Part shown: one piece after another, positions 27,797 through 38,845 of the stretch
Numbering within the stretch: position 1 is the first letter of the stretch
How the letters are laid out: each line of letters opens with the position of its first letter
Origin: a virus
Lineage: Duplodnaviria > Caudoviricetes
Virus record (IMG/VR): IMGVR_UViG_3300023213_000432
Coordinates: 224,001-288,000 of that record
Direction: 5' to 3' (one strand)
Length of the DNA stretch: 64,000 bases
The notes under the pieces: model-generated
Database searches by the model: none
Told to the model about the DNA's origin: nothing
Seen by the model: only the letters and a program-made list of their open reading frames with translations
Position numbers and translations under genes: made by a program

Positions 27797-28393
27797 ATGC
27801 CAAAATCCGCTGTTAATGCTGAGATGCGTAAGTTGGCCAAGCACTTTGATCAAATTATGACGGCATTTCATGAAAGTGGGCACACTATTTGTGGACTTTT
27901 GCATGCTTTCAAGGTGGATGCAGTTGTCATCTTCGAACGTAAAAAAGACAAACGAATTGAAGGATTTACCCTCTATAATGACACACAACGGCATGATAAT
28001 AGGTGGTTAAACTCAGAGCTTCAAGTTTCATATGCAGGAATTGCAGCGGAACAGATTTTGTTCCAAAAACTATCTGGTTTTAATAAACTCCCCCTGTTCC
28101 TCAAAGAAGGATCTTCGGATGATATTGTTTCCGCGGGGCAACTCCTTCATAAACATAACGTTTGTCCGCCCGGCAGGAAACGTCTTCAATTCAAAAAGAA
28201 GATAATGGCGACTACCTCTCGTCAATTGACAAAATATTGGGATGACGTTATATTGGTGGCACATGCTTTGCTTCAAAATAAATGTCTCTATTTTCAAGAT
28301 TTGAAACATTTACTTACCAAAAAATCAAAGAATAAGAGGATTTGGCAAACACAGTTTCAAAAACTTTGTAACAACATTAACTGGTGTCCCTGA
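27797..28393 (+). CDS. Peptidase M41 (FtsH protease domain)-like protein
   Basis: TAFHESGH (HExxH), YAGIAAEQ, GSSDD. Confidence 0.75.
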   Translation: MPKSAVNAEMRKLAKHFDQIMTAFHESGHTICGLLHAFKVDAVVIFERKKDKRIEGFTLYNDTQRHDNRWLNSELQVSYAGIAAEQILFQKLSGFNKLPLFLKEGSSDDIVSAGQLLHKHNVCPPGRKRLQFKKKIMATTSRQLTKYWDDVILVAHALLQNKCLYFQDLKHLLTKKSKNKRIWQTQFQKLCNNINWCP

Positions 28394-28465
28394 TTTAACA
28401 CACCCAGCCTATTTATTGGGCTGTAGCGCTTTTGCATAAGCCAGCGTGATTAAATTAAACACTTT

Positions 28466-31400
28466 ATGAAAATCATGATTCCATTTGTAAGCCTCCATAA
28501 TCAAACCGATTTTTCTATTCTCGATTCCATCATTTCCGTCAAAAATTTATTTCAACGTGCCAAAGAGTTAGAGCAGCCAGCCATTGCGGTGGTGGAACAC
28601 GGCTCATTTGCAAGTGTATGGGATGCACTTAAAGCTTCTCGAGAAACGGGCGTTAAACTCATTACTGGATGTGAATTCTATTTCTTAGATGATGCAACTA
28701 AAACTGATGAGAAACTTCGTCATCTTGTTTTGTTAGCTAAGAATGCCATTGGTTATCGCAATGTTCTTATTCTTAATAAACTTGGTTTTGATCAACGGTT
28801 CTCCATTGGAAAACGAGTATATCCCATTATTGATTGGAAGATGTTGAAGGAGTATTCTGATGGAGTGATTTGTTTAACTGCTTGTGGTAATGGCATTATT
28901 TCTCAACTATTAATGAATCGACGTGTTGAAGAAGCAGAAAAGACTCTTCTTAAGTTGCGAGATATTTTTGGAGAAAATTTAGGAATCGAAGTTCAACCCA
29001 ATAATATGAAGCGAGGCTCCAACATCTTCAATGATGAAATCGATCAACAATTCCTTAATCGACGACTAATCGATTTGGGTAAAAAGCATGGAATCAAAAT
29101 TGTTCCTGCTTGTAATTCCCATTATCTTACAAAGGAAGAATCTGGTATTCACGATGTTCTTTTAGCTATTGGCTCTCATCAACCCATTTATTCTAACTAT
29201 CGTTTGAGATATCCAGTAGCGGATTTTTATTTGAAGTCGGGAGACGAAGTTAAGGCATTCTTTGCTAGAAATTATGGAGAAGAATTCGCCGTAGAAATTT
29301 GTGCTAATACGATGCATTTCGCTAATTTGTGCGAAACACCTGATTGGATTGATCCCAAATTTTCTAATCCTGCTGGTAAGGAACTTCCCGTGTTTCCGGT
29401 GAAGGATCAATCAGATTATTCAGAGTTTATAGAATGGATTAAAAGGCAACCGGACGAATCGCAAAAATTAAGTGAAGATAAACTATATTTGCGGTTCAAA
29501 TGCTATTCTAATTTCGAAACAAAAATTATTTCTAATAAAACATTTAATAACGATCAAATTGGTGAATATCGTAACAGGTTAAATGAAGAGATTGATGTAT
29601 TGGAATATCAGGACTTTAGTTCATACATGTTAATTGTTAGTGATTATATTAATTGGGCTAAAACCAATAATATTGCGGTGGGGCCGGGACGTGGATGTGT
29701 AGGCTCTGACACGTTAGTATTAGCTGATTCAGGCTTTAAAAAAATAATAGATATTAAAATTGGTGATTGTGTTTACACACACACAGGACAAAAAAAGAAA
29801 GTCCTTAATACATTTGAATTTGATATTAAAGATACTGAAAAGGTTCTTGAGATAAAAACACAAAAGAGTTGTGGTTCCATTACCTTGACTCGAGATCACA
29901 AGGTGCTGGGTATTAAAAATGTTCAATTCAATTCCATCTTGCCTAAAATAAAAAGAAATTGGAACCGAATCGGAGATCCTCAATGGATTCAGGCAAAAGA
30001 TTTATCAAAAAAAGATTTATTATGGATGACGTATCCTCAACCGATCGTGGATAGAAATTCAAAATGGAATGATAGTGACTTCGATTTGACTTCTTTTTGC
30101 ACTACAGGTGAAATAAAAAACGATCACATTCGCTATACAACTTGGAAACAACATCCGTTGTCAGTTAGGAATATATCAAAATTAATTGCTGTTCCCTATC
30201 CAACTCTTTTAAAAATAAAAAAGAATCTCTTTAATATAAGAAACAAAAATCTTGTTATTGAAAAACTAACTTCACTTTTGTCTGAAAAGGGACTATCCAT
30301 ATCTGATTGGATAAAATTAGATACGGCTACCTATATTGATTTATCTAAAACGATAATACTTGATGGTGATTTTTATAAATTTTTGGGATTATGGATAGGA
30401 GACGGATTTTTTATAAATCAACCTGGTAAAAAAGGAATTGGATTTTCTATTCATAGTGACGAGGTAGAACTTGCTTCCTTCATTCGACATTATATTAAAA
30501 AATATGGATTCAGAGCGTCTATCTACCGAAAGAAGAATGAAAAAGCACTTAAGATCGAAATAACCAATGAGCTGTTGTTTAAATTAGTAAAGTTTATGAT
30601 CAATGATTATCAAAATAGCTCCAATACAAAACATTTACCGTTCTTTTTTAGACAGCTTAATAAAAATAATCTTTGGCATCTACTAGAAGGCGTTTTTAAT
30701 GCTGATGGCAGCATTAATCGAAAGCAAACCAACGAGACTATCGCAACTACTAGTAAAAGACTTGCTCTCGAACTAAAGGAAGCGCTGCTCTTCATAAATA
30801 AAGCATCATCTATCTTAATGCCTAAAATTTATACAAAAGATGGCGCTAAAAGAAAGCAGGTTTTTGTAATTAATTTTTCTGCCATGTTTAGTGGTAATGT
30901 AAATGATAATACACATTTTTATAAAAAAGAAGGCTATTTTTGTCGAATAGCAGATATCAAAGAAAAGACTATCACTAAGGTATATGATATCGAAGTAGAA
31001 AGTGATCATTCATATTTAACTACTAACTTTGTTTCACATAATAGCGTTGGTGGTTCATTAGTTGCTTATTTATTAGATATTCATAAAGCCGATCCAATCA
31101 AATATGATTTAATTTTTGCTCGTTTTCAGAATAAAGAACGATGTTCGCCTCCCGATATCGATCAAGACATTTCAACAAATGGAAGGGATTCTGTTATTGA
31201 TTACATCACGGCTAAATATGGTGCGGATAATGTTGCTTCTATTTCTAATTTGAATAGATTGACGCCAAAAGTTTATGTGCGTGATGTAGCACGAGCGTGC
31301 GAATTGGGCGGAACCAAAGCGACTGCTGTTGAGATTGGCAATGCGGTTGCGGATATCATTCCAAAAGAAATTAAAGGCATCGAACAGTTTCAACAATTAG

Positions 31401-33349
31401 ATAAATTGCCGCTTTTTGTTGAATATGGTAAGCGCTATCCAGAATTGCTCAAATATAAATCACTATTGGGTAAAGTACGCAATTTTAGCACACATGCTGC
31501 CGCAATTGTGATCTCAAAACGTCCGCTTGTTGGATTGGTTCCGCTGCGAAAAGATAAGGATGGAACGTGGTCAATTGAATATGAAAAAGACACCACGGAA
31601 GCTAATGGACTTGTTAAAATGGATATTTTGGGACTTTCTAGTTTAGATTTAATTGAAAAAACTCTCTACTTAATTCAACAAAATGAAAAACCATTTCCAA
31701 CAGATTATATTAATTACGATACATATGATCAAAAAACTTATGATTTAATATCATCAGGCAACACATATGGAGTTTTTCAATTTGGAACAAGCACGGGCAC
31801 AATTGAATTATGTAAAAAAATAAACCCAAAAAATATCGAAGATCTTGCTATCATTACTACCTTGGCGCGGCCAGCCGCAGCTAATATTAGAGATGCGTTC
31901 ATTAAAACACGAAATGGCAAACTATCATTTAGTTTATTGCATCCTTCACTTAAAAACGCCTTTGAAAAAACGTTTGGGTTTGGTTTATTTGATGAATCTA
32001 TTCTTAAGTTGGCACAAGATGTCGCTGGATGGTCACTACATTCTGCAGATCGAGTTAGAAAAATGATCAAAGAAAAGGGCAAGAATCCGGAAAAAGACGC
32101 CAAGTTACGTGAAGAGTTTATTAAAGACGCAATTGCCAATAACATAGAGCCAATAATAGCGACTCGAATTTGGGATGAGGAAATTAAAAAGTTCGCAGGA
32201 TATACTTTTAATAAATCGCACGCGATTCTATATTCATTTTTATCTTACACTACGGCCTATCTTAAAGCTCATTACCCTATTGAATTTTTACTCGCCAATC
32301 TAATAGCTGAAGTTAAATCCAACGCTCCGGATGCCAAAGGTAATATCGATAAAATTAAGAAAGAATTGCGTTCCAATAAAATTAAAATCTTGCCACCCAA
32401 TATTAATACTTCCCAATTGGCATATACTATAATTGATGGAAATAAACTATTAACAGGTTTAGATGCCCTTAAGTTTGTTGGAGATAATGCTATTAAAGAT
32501 ATTTTAGATAAAAGACCTTTTAAGGATTTTTTGGATTTTATGTCGCGTGTTAGTTCTAAAAATGTTAGAGCCAACAACATTCAGGCGTTAGCAGCATCCG
32601 GAGCAATGGATACTTTTGATATCCCCCGAAAACTTATTTTCTTATATTGTTCTGATTATCGAAAGAAACTTCAAGTTTGGATGAAGAAACATGATCCTAT
32701 CAAAGAAGAGTTTATCTATCCATTTCCCAATGAAGAAGAATGGGACGTTGCAGAGAAATATGCCTTGGAGCAATATTATTTAGGAGAAGCCTTTGTTTGT
32801 AAGGCGCCCAAGGCTTATGGACAGTTTTTTAATGTTAAGTCAGATACAGTGACAGATATCAGAAAAGCGGAAGATCGTGCTGAAATTACCAACATTCGAG
32901 GCATTATTAAATCTTTTTATCAATTCAGAGTCAAGAAAGAAAAGAGCCGCTATTTTGGACAAACCATGATTAAAGCGATAATTGAAGATGGTTATGGAGA
33001 ACAATGTTCTTGCACTATCTTTCCAGATCGTTGGAAAGAGGTGGAGAAGCGAATGAAAGAAATCAACCGTAAATTGAAGTTTGATATTGGAGTAGCTATG
33101 CATTTTTCGGGGAATACCAATAATTATGAGGATGAGATGGGAATTGTATTAGATCAACTGTTCGATATTATCCCGCCGCCGGCGCTTCCTGTGGATCTCA
33201 AAGCCAAGAAAATCAATCTTAAAATCGCCAAAAGCAAGGCATCGATTGATATAGACAAAGAAGGGGATCAAGTCAAGAACCTGATGGAAACAGTCGAAGA
33301 CAATTTATTCGATGAAGGATTGATTGATCTTAATGAAGAAGAGAATTAA
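28466..33349 (+). CDS. dnaE: DNA polymerase III alpha subunit with intein
   Basis: PHP domain SLHNQTDFSILD, GPGRG|intein|SVGGS, PPDIDQD, STHAAAIVI, KMDILGL, FNKSHA. Confidence 0.97.
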   Translation: MKIMIPFVSLHNQTDFSILDSIISVKNLFQRAKELEQPAIAVVEHGSFASVWDALKASRETGVKLITGCEFYFLDDATKTDEKLRHLVLLAKNAIGYRNVLILNKLGFDQRFSIGKRVYPIIDWKMLKEYSDGVICLTACGNGIISQLLMNRRVEEAEKTLLKLRDIFGENLGIEVQPNNMKRGSNIFNDEIDQQFLNRRLIDLGKKHGIKIVPACNSHYLTKEESGIHDVLLAIGSHQPIYSNYRLRYPVADFYLKSGDEVKAFFARNYGEEFAVEICANTMHFANLCETPDWIDPKFSNPAGKELPVFPVKDQSDYSEFIEWIKRQPDESQKLSEDKLYLRFKCYSNFETKIISNKTFNNDQIGEYRNRLNEEIDVLEYQDFSSYMLIVSDYINWAKTNNIAVGPGRGCVGSDTLVLADSGFKKIIDIKIGDCVYTHTGQKKKVLNTFEFDIKDTEKVLEIKTQKSCGSITLTRDHKVLGIKNVQFNSILPKIKRNWNRIGDPQWIQAKDLSKKDLLWMTYPQPIVDRNSKWNDSDFDLTSFCTTGEIKNDHIRYTTWKQHPLSVRNISKLIAVPYPTLLKIKKNLFNIRNKNLVIEKLTSLLSEKGLSISDWIKLDTATYIDLSKTIILDGDFYKFLGLWIGDGFFINQPGKKGIGFSIHSDEVELASFIRHYIKKYGFRASIYRKKNEKALKIEITNELLFKLVKFMINDYQNSSNTKHLPFFFRQLNKNNLWHLLEGVFNADGSINRKQTNETIATTSKRLALELKEALLFINKASSILMPKIYTKDGAKRKQVFVINFSAMFSGNVNDNTHFYKKEGYFCRIADIKEKTITKVYDIEVESDHSYLTTNFVSHNSVGGSLVAYLLDIHKADPIKYDLIFARFQNKERCSPPDIDQDISTNGRDSVIDYITAKYGADNVASISNLNRLTPKVYVRDVARACELGGTKATAVEIGNAVADIIPKEIKGIEQFQQLDKLPLFVEYGKRYPELLKYKSLLGKVRNFSTHAAAIVISKRPLVGLVPLRKDKDGTWSIEYEKDTTEANGLVKMDILGLSSLDLIEKTLYLIQQNEKPFPTDYINYDTYDQKTYDLISSGNTYGVFQFGTSTGTIELCKKINPKNIEDLAIITTLARPAAANIRDAFIKTRNGKLSFSLLHPSLKNAFEKTFGFGLFDESILKLAQDVAGWSLHSADRVRKMIKEKGKNPEKDAKLREEFIKDAIANNIEPIIATRIWDEEIKKFAGYTFNKSHAILYSFLSYTTAYLKAHYPIEFLLANLIAEVKSNAPDAKGNIDKIKKELRSNKIKILPPNINTSQLAYTIIDGNKLLTGLDALKFVGDNAIKDILDKRPFKDFLDFMSRVSSKNVRANNIQALAASGAMDTFDIPRKLIFLYCSDYRKKLQVWMKKHDPIKEEFIYPFPNEEEWDVAEKYALEQYYLGEAFVCKAPKAYGQFFNVKSDTVTDIRKAEDRAEITNIRGIIKSFYQFRVKKEKSRYFGQTMIKAIIEDGYGEQCSCTIFPDRWKEVEKRMKEINRKLKFDIGVAMHFSGNTNNYEDEMGIVLDQLFDIIPPPALPVDLKAKKINLKIAKSKASIDIDKEGDQVKNLMETVEDNLFDEGLIDLNEEEN
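29696..31042 (+). mobile_element. Intein (449 aa) with LAGLIDADG homing endonuclease in dnaE
   Basis: Starts CVGSDTLVL, ends VYDIEVESDHSYLTTNFVSHN followed by Ser; LGLWIGDG and LEGVFNADG. Confidence 0.95.
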
Positions 33350-33363
33350 AAAAGGAAAAACAA

Positions 33364-34140
33364 ATGAAATGCAATTCTTGCACATTAGATATTGATCCCA
33401 AGTGGAAACATGCAATCAATATAAACACTTGCCCTTGGTGTGGGTCAGCTATTTTTGATGAGCATCTTAAAAATCTTCTTTCCGTTCTTACCACCACTAT
33501 GGAAAAGCTCCAAGAATATCCAGAACAGCTGGATGATTGGATGTTATCCAATCATTCTTACATCAAGACTTCATCCACTGACCTTATTAAACATATTCCT
33601 AAAGAAATGATGAAGGAACCAGCTAAACAAGAAGATAATGATTTTCAAAAGCGTAAGGCAGAGCAAGATAAAAAATTTATCGTCAAAGTTAAGACAGATA
33701 GCGGCGAAGAAGAGGTAGTTGCAGAAAAAATTCAATCCGCAAACAAACCCACTGATTTTGCTAAACGCGCCGAAGCCGTCAAACCCAATATTGAAGGGTA
33801 TAAAACAGTAGCCGAAAAAACAGAGCATTTGAAACGAATTGCAGACCAAATTAAGAAAGGCGTTACTCTTACAACGGATAACAACGAATCTCTAGTGGTG
33901 GATGAAGAAGAGACAATCGAATATGAAGCCTCTTCGGCAAATAAAGTTGTTTCCTCGGCACTTCCAAATTCTGACGAAGATGAAATTCCGGCGGTTGTTC
34001 TTAATATGACTAAAGGTAATTCAAAGAACGCACTTGATTTATTGAAATTGCAGCAGATGCAAGAAAGAACTCGACGATCTCGAGAAGCTTTTGAGAGCGG
34101 AGAGAATCGCAGCAAACCGGGCGGATTTAGTCGGAGTTGA
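33364..34140 (+). CDS. Hypothetical protein, N-terminal Zn finger
   Basis: CNSC...CPWC, 258 aa. Confidence 0.7.
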   Translation: MKCNSCTLDIDPKWKHAININTCPWCGSAIFDEHLKNLLSVLTTTMEKLQEYPEQLDDWMLSNHSYIKTSSTDLIKHIPKEMMKEPAKQEDNDFQKRKAEQDKKFIVKVKTDSGEEEVVAEKIQSANKPTDFAKRAEAVKPNIEGYKTVAEKTEHLKRIADQIKKGVTLTTDNNESLVVDEEETIEYEASSANKVVSSALPNSDEDEIPAVVLNMTKGNSKNALDLLKLQQMQERTRRSREAFESGENRSKPGGFSRS

Positions 34141-34143
34141 TCT

Positions 34144-34446
34144 ATGCCCAATTTTGTTATTGACAACAAACGTGTGGATATGACTATCGACGAACATAAT
34201 TTGTTTCAGCGAATCGTTAGCTCTTACACTTTTGGCAATAATAATGGAGAAACTTTATTTGCCGATCTTTTTGAAGTAGATGATAATGGAATTATTCAAT
34301 TTTTACGTCCTCCTAGTCAGCGTCAAACTAGCTTCGAAGTTTTTCTTTTTTTAATGGCTTTGCAGCAACAGCAACATCTTCGCCAATTGTATAAACAGTT
34401 CGAAGATTTGGCGGCGGAAGTTAAAGCCAAGCTAGCAGAAAAATAA
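34144..34446 (+). CDS. Hypothetical protein
   Basis: 100-aa ORF. Confidence 0.7.
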   Translation: MPNFVIDNKRVDMTIDEHNLFQRIVSSYTFGNNNGETLFADLFEVDDNGIIQFLRPPSQRQTSFEVFLFLMALQQQQHLRQLYKQFEDLAAEVKAKLAEK

Positions 34447-34455
34447 GCGCCACTC

Positions 34456-34483
34456 TTGACACACAACAGTGTATGATTATATT
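34456..34483 (+). promoter_or_regulatory. Possible sigma70-type promoter for the recombination genes
   Basis: TTGACA (34456-34461), 16-nt spacer, TATATT (34478-34483). Confidence 0.45.
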
Positions 34484-34523
34484 TCTTGTTATTAAATTGA
34501 CAAACCAAAATTGGGTGCATTAA

Positions 34524-34946
34524 ATGACTGATCATTCAGATGTTGAAGGATTGATTGAGGCGTGTCTCAATGAAATGAAGACAGCCAGTAGAGCCAAATA
34601 CGATACGGAACAAGCCGACCGGACTGCTGCTCTTTTTCTTACTGCTCAAATGAAATTATCTTTTCTAATTGAAGACGTAGAAATGAAAGCGCGCCACGCC
34701 AAAAATGAAATTGAGCGAATCGAAGGCGAAAAATATTTCGAGTATAAAGTATCAAACGTTGATAAGAAAATTACAGAAAATATGATCACTAGTTATGTTG
34801 CTAAAGAACCAGATGTTGTTCGTATTAAAACAGAGTGCGCTCAATATGAAGCTAACCTAAAGAAATGGAACTATGTCTTAAGTGTGCTTAATAACGGGCA
34901 TATTTTTTTCCGAAATATTGCCAAAAATAAAACATGGTCAGAATAA
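34524..34946 (+). CDS. Hypothetical, possibly UvsY-like recombination mediator
   Basis: All-helical 140 aa immediately upstream of recA; KKITENMITSYV..EPD pattern. Confidence 0.5.
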   Translation: MTDHSDVEGLIEACLNEMKTASRAKYDTEQADRTAALFLTAQMKLSFLIEDVEMKARHAKNEIERIEGEKYFEYKVSNVDKKITENMITSYVAKEPDVVRIKTECAQYEANLKKWNYVLSVLNNGHIFFRNIAKNKTWSE

Positions 34947-34965
34947 TCAGAAAGTTTAAAAAATT

Positions 34966-35964
34966 ATGACAACAGCAGAAAAGACAGTTGAAAAAAAAAT
35001 CGAAAAGAGAGTAGTGGCGGGCATTGATATTGACAAATTAGTCAAGAAAGCCCAAGACACATACGAAAAGAAAGAGGCAGGGCTAGCCAAACAGCTTTCC
35101 ACAGGCAAGACCATTGTCAATTCAGATAAGGATGAAGATCATATTTTATGGACTGGCGGAAATCACTGGTATCAATTGACACACCTTAAGGGACTTCCAT
35201 TTGGAAGAATTGTCGAAATTTCCGGACGCCCAGATAGTGGTAAAAGCACTCATGCGGCTGTATTCATGAAATATGCTCAAGATCAAGAATATTTGGTTGT
35301 TTTATGGGATGCAGAGCGCAAGTTTGGTCGTAAGCGTTTTGATGAGAAAATTGGCGGGCATTCTGATGATCTTTTAGTGGTTAATACTAACAAAATCATT
35401 GATGGCGCCAAAGCTGTTGCTCATTTTGTAAATGCCGCCAAAGAAATGAATCCTGATGTTAAAATATTAATTGTTTGGGATAGCGTCGGTGCCTCGCTTA
35501 ATTCCACAGAAGATAATGATGAAACTGAAGATTATTCCCAACAACCCGGCGTTACTGCTAAAGAAAATTCTTATGCCATTCGTAAGTTCAATAAGTTAAT
35601 TAACAAATATATGAACAAAGCGACTGGCGAACATACAATCAGTGTTCTTGTTATTAATCAGAATTACGCCAATATCGGCAGTCGAGGATATACAGAGAAG
35701 GGCGGTGGTGAAATCTATTATCTTTCTTCTGTCATTATTCAATTGTCACGAATCAATGATCTTACTCGACAACGAGCCGGTGAGAAGTATAAATATGGTA
35801 TTACCACACGAGCTAAAGTTAAAAAGAATCATTTATTTGATGGTGATGAGTGTATTGCCGAGATGGATTTGGTGGTTTCTGCAGATGGTATTCATCTTGC
35901 TAAGGATGTCAAGAATTTCGGTGATATAAAAGGATGGGACGACAAAAATGATGATGACGAATGA
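34966..35964 (+). CDS. recA: RecA/UvsX recombinase
   Basis: GLPFGRIVEISGRPDSGKST, VWDSVGA, VINQ, GITTRAKVKKN. Confidence 0.9.
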   Translation: MTTAEKTVEKKIEKRVVAGIDIDKLVKKAQDTYEKKEAGLAKQLSTGKTIVNSDKDEDHILWTGGNHWYQLTHLKGLPFGRIVEISGRPDSGKSTHAAVFMKYAQDQEYLVVLWDAERKFGRKRFDEKIGGHSDDLLVVNTNKIIDGAKAVAHFVNAAKEMNPDVKILIVWDSVGASLNSTEDNDETEDYSQQPGVTAKENSYAIRKFNKLINKYMNKATGEHTISVLVINQNYANIGSRGYTEKGGGEIYYLSSVIIQLSRINDLTRQRAGEKYKYGITTRAKVKKNHLFDGDECIAEMDLVVSADGIHLAKDVKNFGDIKGWDDKNDDDE

Positions 35965-35977
35965 AAGGCAATAAATT

Positions 35978-36310
35978 ATGACCGAGAAAGACATAACACT
36001 TACATTAGTTAATGTTCCTCAAGTAGGAGTGCTTAGCAAAAAACCAGCTCACCTCATTCTTTTAGAGGATATTCCAAAGAATAAAGGCACCCAACCAACA
36101 GTCAAAAAATTCATAACTATAGATATGCCCGAGATAGGATCTAATGGATTTACTCATGCTAAGGGTGTTTTTTCCGATATGGATGAAGCAGCCATTGTAA
36201 CAAATTATGCAGACATTTTATCGAATGTCAAGAAGGAAGAGATTGTAGAGATGATGTTTCCGCATCATCGAATAATCAACATTCGAAACTTGGTATTTAA
36301 AGCAAAGTGA
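35978..36310 (+). CDS. Hypothetical protein
   Basis: 110-aa ORF. Confidence 0.7.
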   Translation: MTEKDITLTLVNVPQVGVLSKKPAHLILLEDIPKNKGTQPTVKKFITIDMPEIGSNGFTHAKGVFSDMDEAAIVTNYADILSNVKKEEIVEMMFPHHRIINIRNLVFKAK

Positions 36311-36530
36311 ATGCCAAAAATAAGGATAAAATGGCATCAGAAGGTAAGGAAAAATTCCAAGGAATTGCAATAGTTAGTGGTGTAAATACCGCCATTTTTC
36401 AATGAAAATTCTTGGTGATATAATCAAATTCGTTCTATTAATTTTCACACTAATGTGGAGGTAAATAAAACGAATGTTTAATAGAAACGTCCAATTATGG
36501 ACAACAGAAAAAACATTAATGGAGATCACA

Positions 36531-37244
36531 ATGACAACAACAATTGGTGAAGTATCTTGGAGTGGCGATAACGACGGTGAAAAAAAGACAAATAAAAAGG
36601 ATATGTTCCTTAGATTAGACGATGGCTCTAACGAGCTTCGTTTCGTTACGGAACCCTATCAGTATCTTGTTCATCGATATAAGAAAGACAAGAACGATAA
36701 GATTGGACAGAAGATAGCATGTTCTGCTATTAACGGTAGCTGTCCGCTTTGTTCTAATTCCGATGAAGAAATCAAAAAGGTTCGTCGTCGTTGGTTTGTG
36801 GGCGTGATTAGCCGTAAGACTGGTACCTATAAGGTATTGGATATTTCTTGGGCCATTTTCTCTCAAATCAAAACCCTGAATGGTATGAAACATTGGGGAC
36901 ATCCGAGCAAATATGACATCGACATAACTGTTGATAAAAATGCGGCTAGTCCCAATGATTATTACAAAGTTAATCCAATCGCTAAAGAGCCTTTGTCTGC
37001 TGCAGATCAGCATATTAAAGATAAAGAAGTTGATTTGGATGAACTGAAAAGACGCTGCACTCCCCCAGCACCCGAGACGGTGCAAAAGATTCTTGACCGG
37101 ATCAATGGTGTTAATGGTAGTAACGCTAACAATGGAACTCCTGCTAAAAAGGTAGCTGCCCCATCCGTTGTTCCAGTTAGCCTTGACGATGATGAGCAAG
37201 ATCTTGCTGCTTCATTTCCTAACTACGAAAGTTCTGCTTCTTAA
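36531..37244 (+). CDS. Single-stranded DNA-binding protein (gp32-like)
   Basis: FLRLDDGSNELRF, CS...CPLC, KYDIDIT..K...Y.V.P, acidic/aromatic tail; GGAG 6 nt upstream. Confidence 0.7.
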   Translation: MTTTIGEVSWSGDNDGEKKTNKKDMFLRLDDGSNELRFVTEPYQYLVHRYKKDKNDKIGQKIACSAINGSCPLCSNSDEEIKKVRRRWFVGVISRKTGTYKVLDISWAIFSQIKTLNGMKHWGHPSKYDIDITVDKNAASPNDYYKVNPIAKEPLSAADQHIKDKEVDLDELKRRCTPPAPETVQKILDRINGVNGSNANNGTPAKKVAAPSVVPVSLDDDEQDLAASFPNYESSAS

Positions 37245-37263
37245 CAACTTTCTTTCTTAACTT

Positions 37264-37299
37264 AAGAGCGCGAAGGGAAACTTTCGTGCTCTTTTTTTT
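37264..37299 (+). terminator. Rho-independent terminator
   Basis: AAGAGCGCGAAGG-GAAA-CTTTCGTGCTCTT stem-loop with a run of 8 T. Confidence 0.85.
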
Positions 37300-37319
37300 G
37301 TTTTGATATATGAGTATAT

Positions 37320-37883
37320 ATGGTAAAGAAAGTTCTTGGCTTCGATATTTCCAGTAAAACAATAGGCTGGTGCCTTTTAGAGATCAATGACCAAAATAAA
37401 ATCCGATTGGTTCAATCCTCTTATCTCAAACCAAAGAAAGAAGGACACATAATCGATCGATTAGTAGATACTCGCAATCATATCCAAAGCATTATTCAAG
37501 ACACCAAACCCGATTACATTGGAATAGAAGAGATCATCCAATTCATGAAGGGTAGTTCTACAGCTGCTACTATTACGGTTCTTACTTCCTTCAACCGAAT
37601 GGTTGGATTAGTGGCTCATGATTATCTTGGACACGCTCCTGAAATGTTTAATGTAATGTCAATAAGACACGGATTGAAGACTAGCAAAAAGTTACCTGCC
37701 AAAGAAAATATTCCTAAACTCGTTTCCAAGCACTTGAAATTCAAATTCCCTTGGGAATACGTAACCGAGGGCAAAGCCAAGGGCAAAATTAGAGACGAAA
37801 ATTACGATATGGCAGATGGTATTGCCGTTGCTTTGTATTATGCCTTCATTCTGACCGACAAGATTAAAAAGAAGCCTAAATGA
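37320..37883 (+). CDS. RuvC-like Holliday junction resolvase
   Basis: [27 protein letters not shown]. Confidence 0.85.
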   Translation: MVKKVLGFDISSKTIGWCLLEINDQNKIRLVQSSYLKPKKEGHIIDRLVDTRNHIQSIIQDTKPDYIGIEEIIQFMKGSSTAATITVLTSFNRMVGLVAHDYLGHAPEMFNVMSIRHGLKTSKKLPAKENIPKLVSKHLKFKFPWEYVTEGKAKGKIRDENYDMADGIAVALYYAFILTDKIKKKPK

Positions 37884-38845
37884 AACTCAAAGAAGCCTAT
37901 CAAACATTGGGTTTATCAGAAAACGCTAATGAAGAAGAAGTTAAGAAAACATTTCGAAAATTAGCGGCTAAATCTCACCCCGACGTCAATAAAGAACCCG
38001 ACGCTGAAGATAAGTTTAAGAAGATCAATCAAGCCTATCAAGTCATTCAACATGGAGAAGAGCCGGAACCAGGAGAACGATTACGGCAATCCCAAAATCC
38101 CTTCGGTCATTATGGCAATCCGTTTGATTTTATTAACGCTCAACATTCTACCATTCATCCCGCAGAAAACATTAATGTTTCTATTGCCCTCTCTTTTAAG
38201 GAAAGTGTTTTAGGATGCAAAAAGGACATTAAATTTTCTCGTAATATCAAATGTCAGGAATGTAATGGAGAGGGAGAAAAACACCTTAATAATGGTTGTG
38301 AGAAATGTGGCGGCAAAGGACAGATTGTGGGCAAACAGGGAAATATGATTTTTACCCGAACTTGTGACAAATGTTTTGGGCGCTCCCGCACCGAACCCTG
38401 TATGACTTGTTCTACTAAGGGTATCATGGAAAGTGAAACTTCTGTCAATGTATCTATCCCCGGAGGCATTCAAGATAGCAGTGTTTTGCGCTTAGGAGGG
38501 ATGGGACATTTTGTTGGATCTTCTTTTATGTTTGCAGATCAACATACTGATGTTCATTTGCGGGTTTCTGTTGTTCCTGAAGCCGGACTTTCTATTAATG
38601 GAACTAATGTGGTTTCCATCTTAGAAATTTCTTTGTTAGAAGCTTTGCAAGGATGCAACAAGAAAGTTAAAACTATTGAAGGACAACGGGAAATTCAAGT
38701 AGTTCCATTATCCAAAAATCGTGAGGAAATTGTAATTCCTAAATTAGGAGTAAATGGCACTGGAGATCACAAGATCATTTTGGATGTTAAATATCCTAAA
38801 AAGATAGACTCGCTAGTCGAAACTCTTAGTAAAGGAAATAACTGA
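37880..38845 (+). CDS. dnaJ: DnaJ chaperone
   Basis: J-domain HPD; four CxxC(xGxG) repeats; C-terminal ISLLEALQG. Confidence 0.92.
   Translation: MKLKEAYQTLGLSENANEEEVKKTFRKLAAKSHPDVNKEPDAEDKFKKINQAYQVIQHGEEPEPGERLRQSQNPFGHYGNPFDFINAQHSTIHPAENINVSIALSFKESVLGCKKDIKFSRNIKCQECNGEGEKHLNNGCEKCGGKGQIVGKQGNMIFTRTCDKCFGRSRTEPCMTCSTKGIMESETSVNVSIPGGIQDSSVLRLGGMGHFVGSSFMFADQHTDVHLRVSVVPEAGLSINGTNVVSILEISLLEALQGCNKKVKTIEGQREIQVVPLSKNREEIVIPKLGVNGTGDHKIILDVKYPKKIDSLVETLSKGNN

Noticed and set aside
28405-28423. Hairpin CAGCCTA-TTTAT-TGGGCTG between the M41-like gene and dnaE as an IS scar
   Set aside because: It is short, with no sequence match to the other IS ends and no T-tract; insufficient support.
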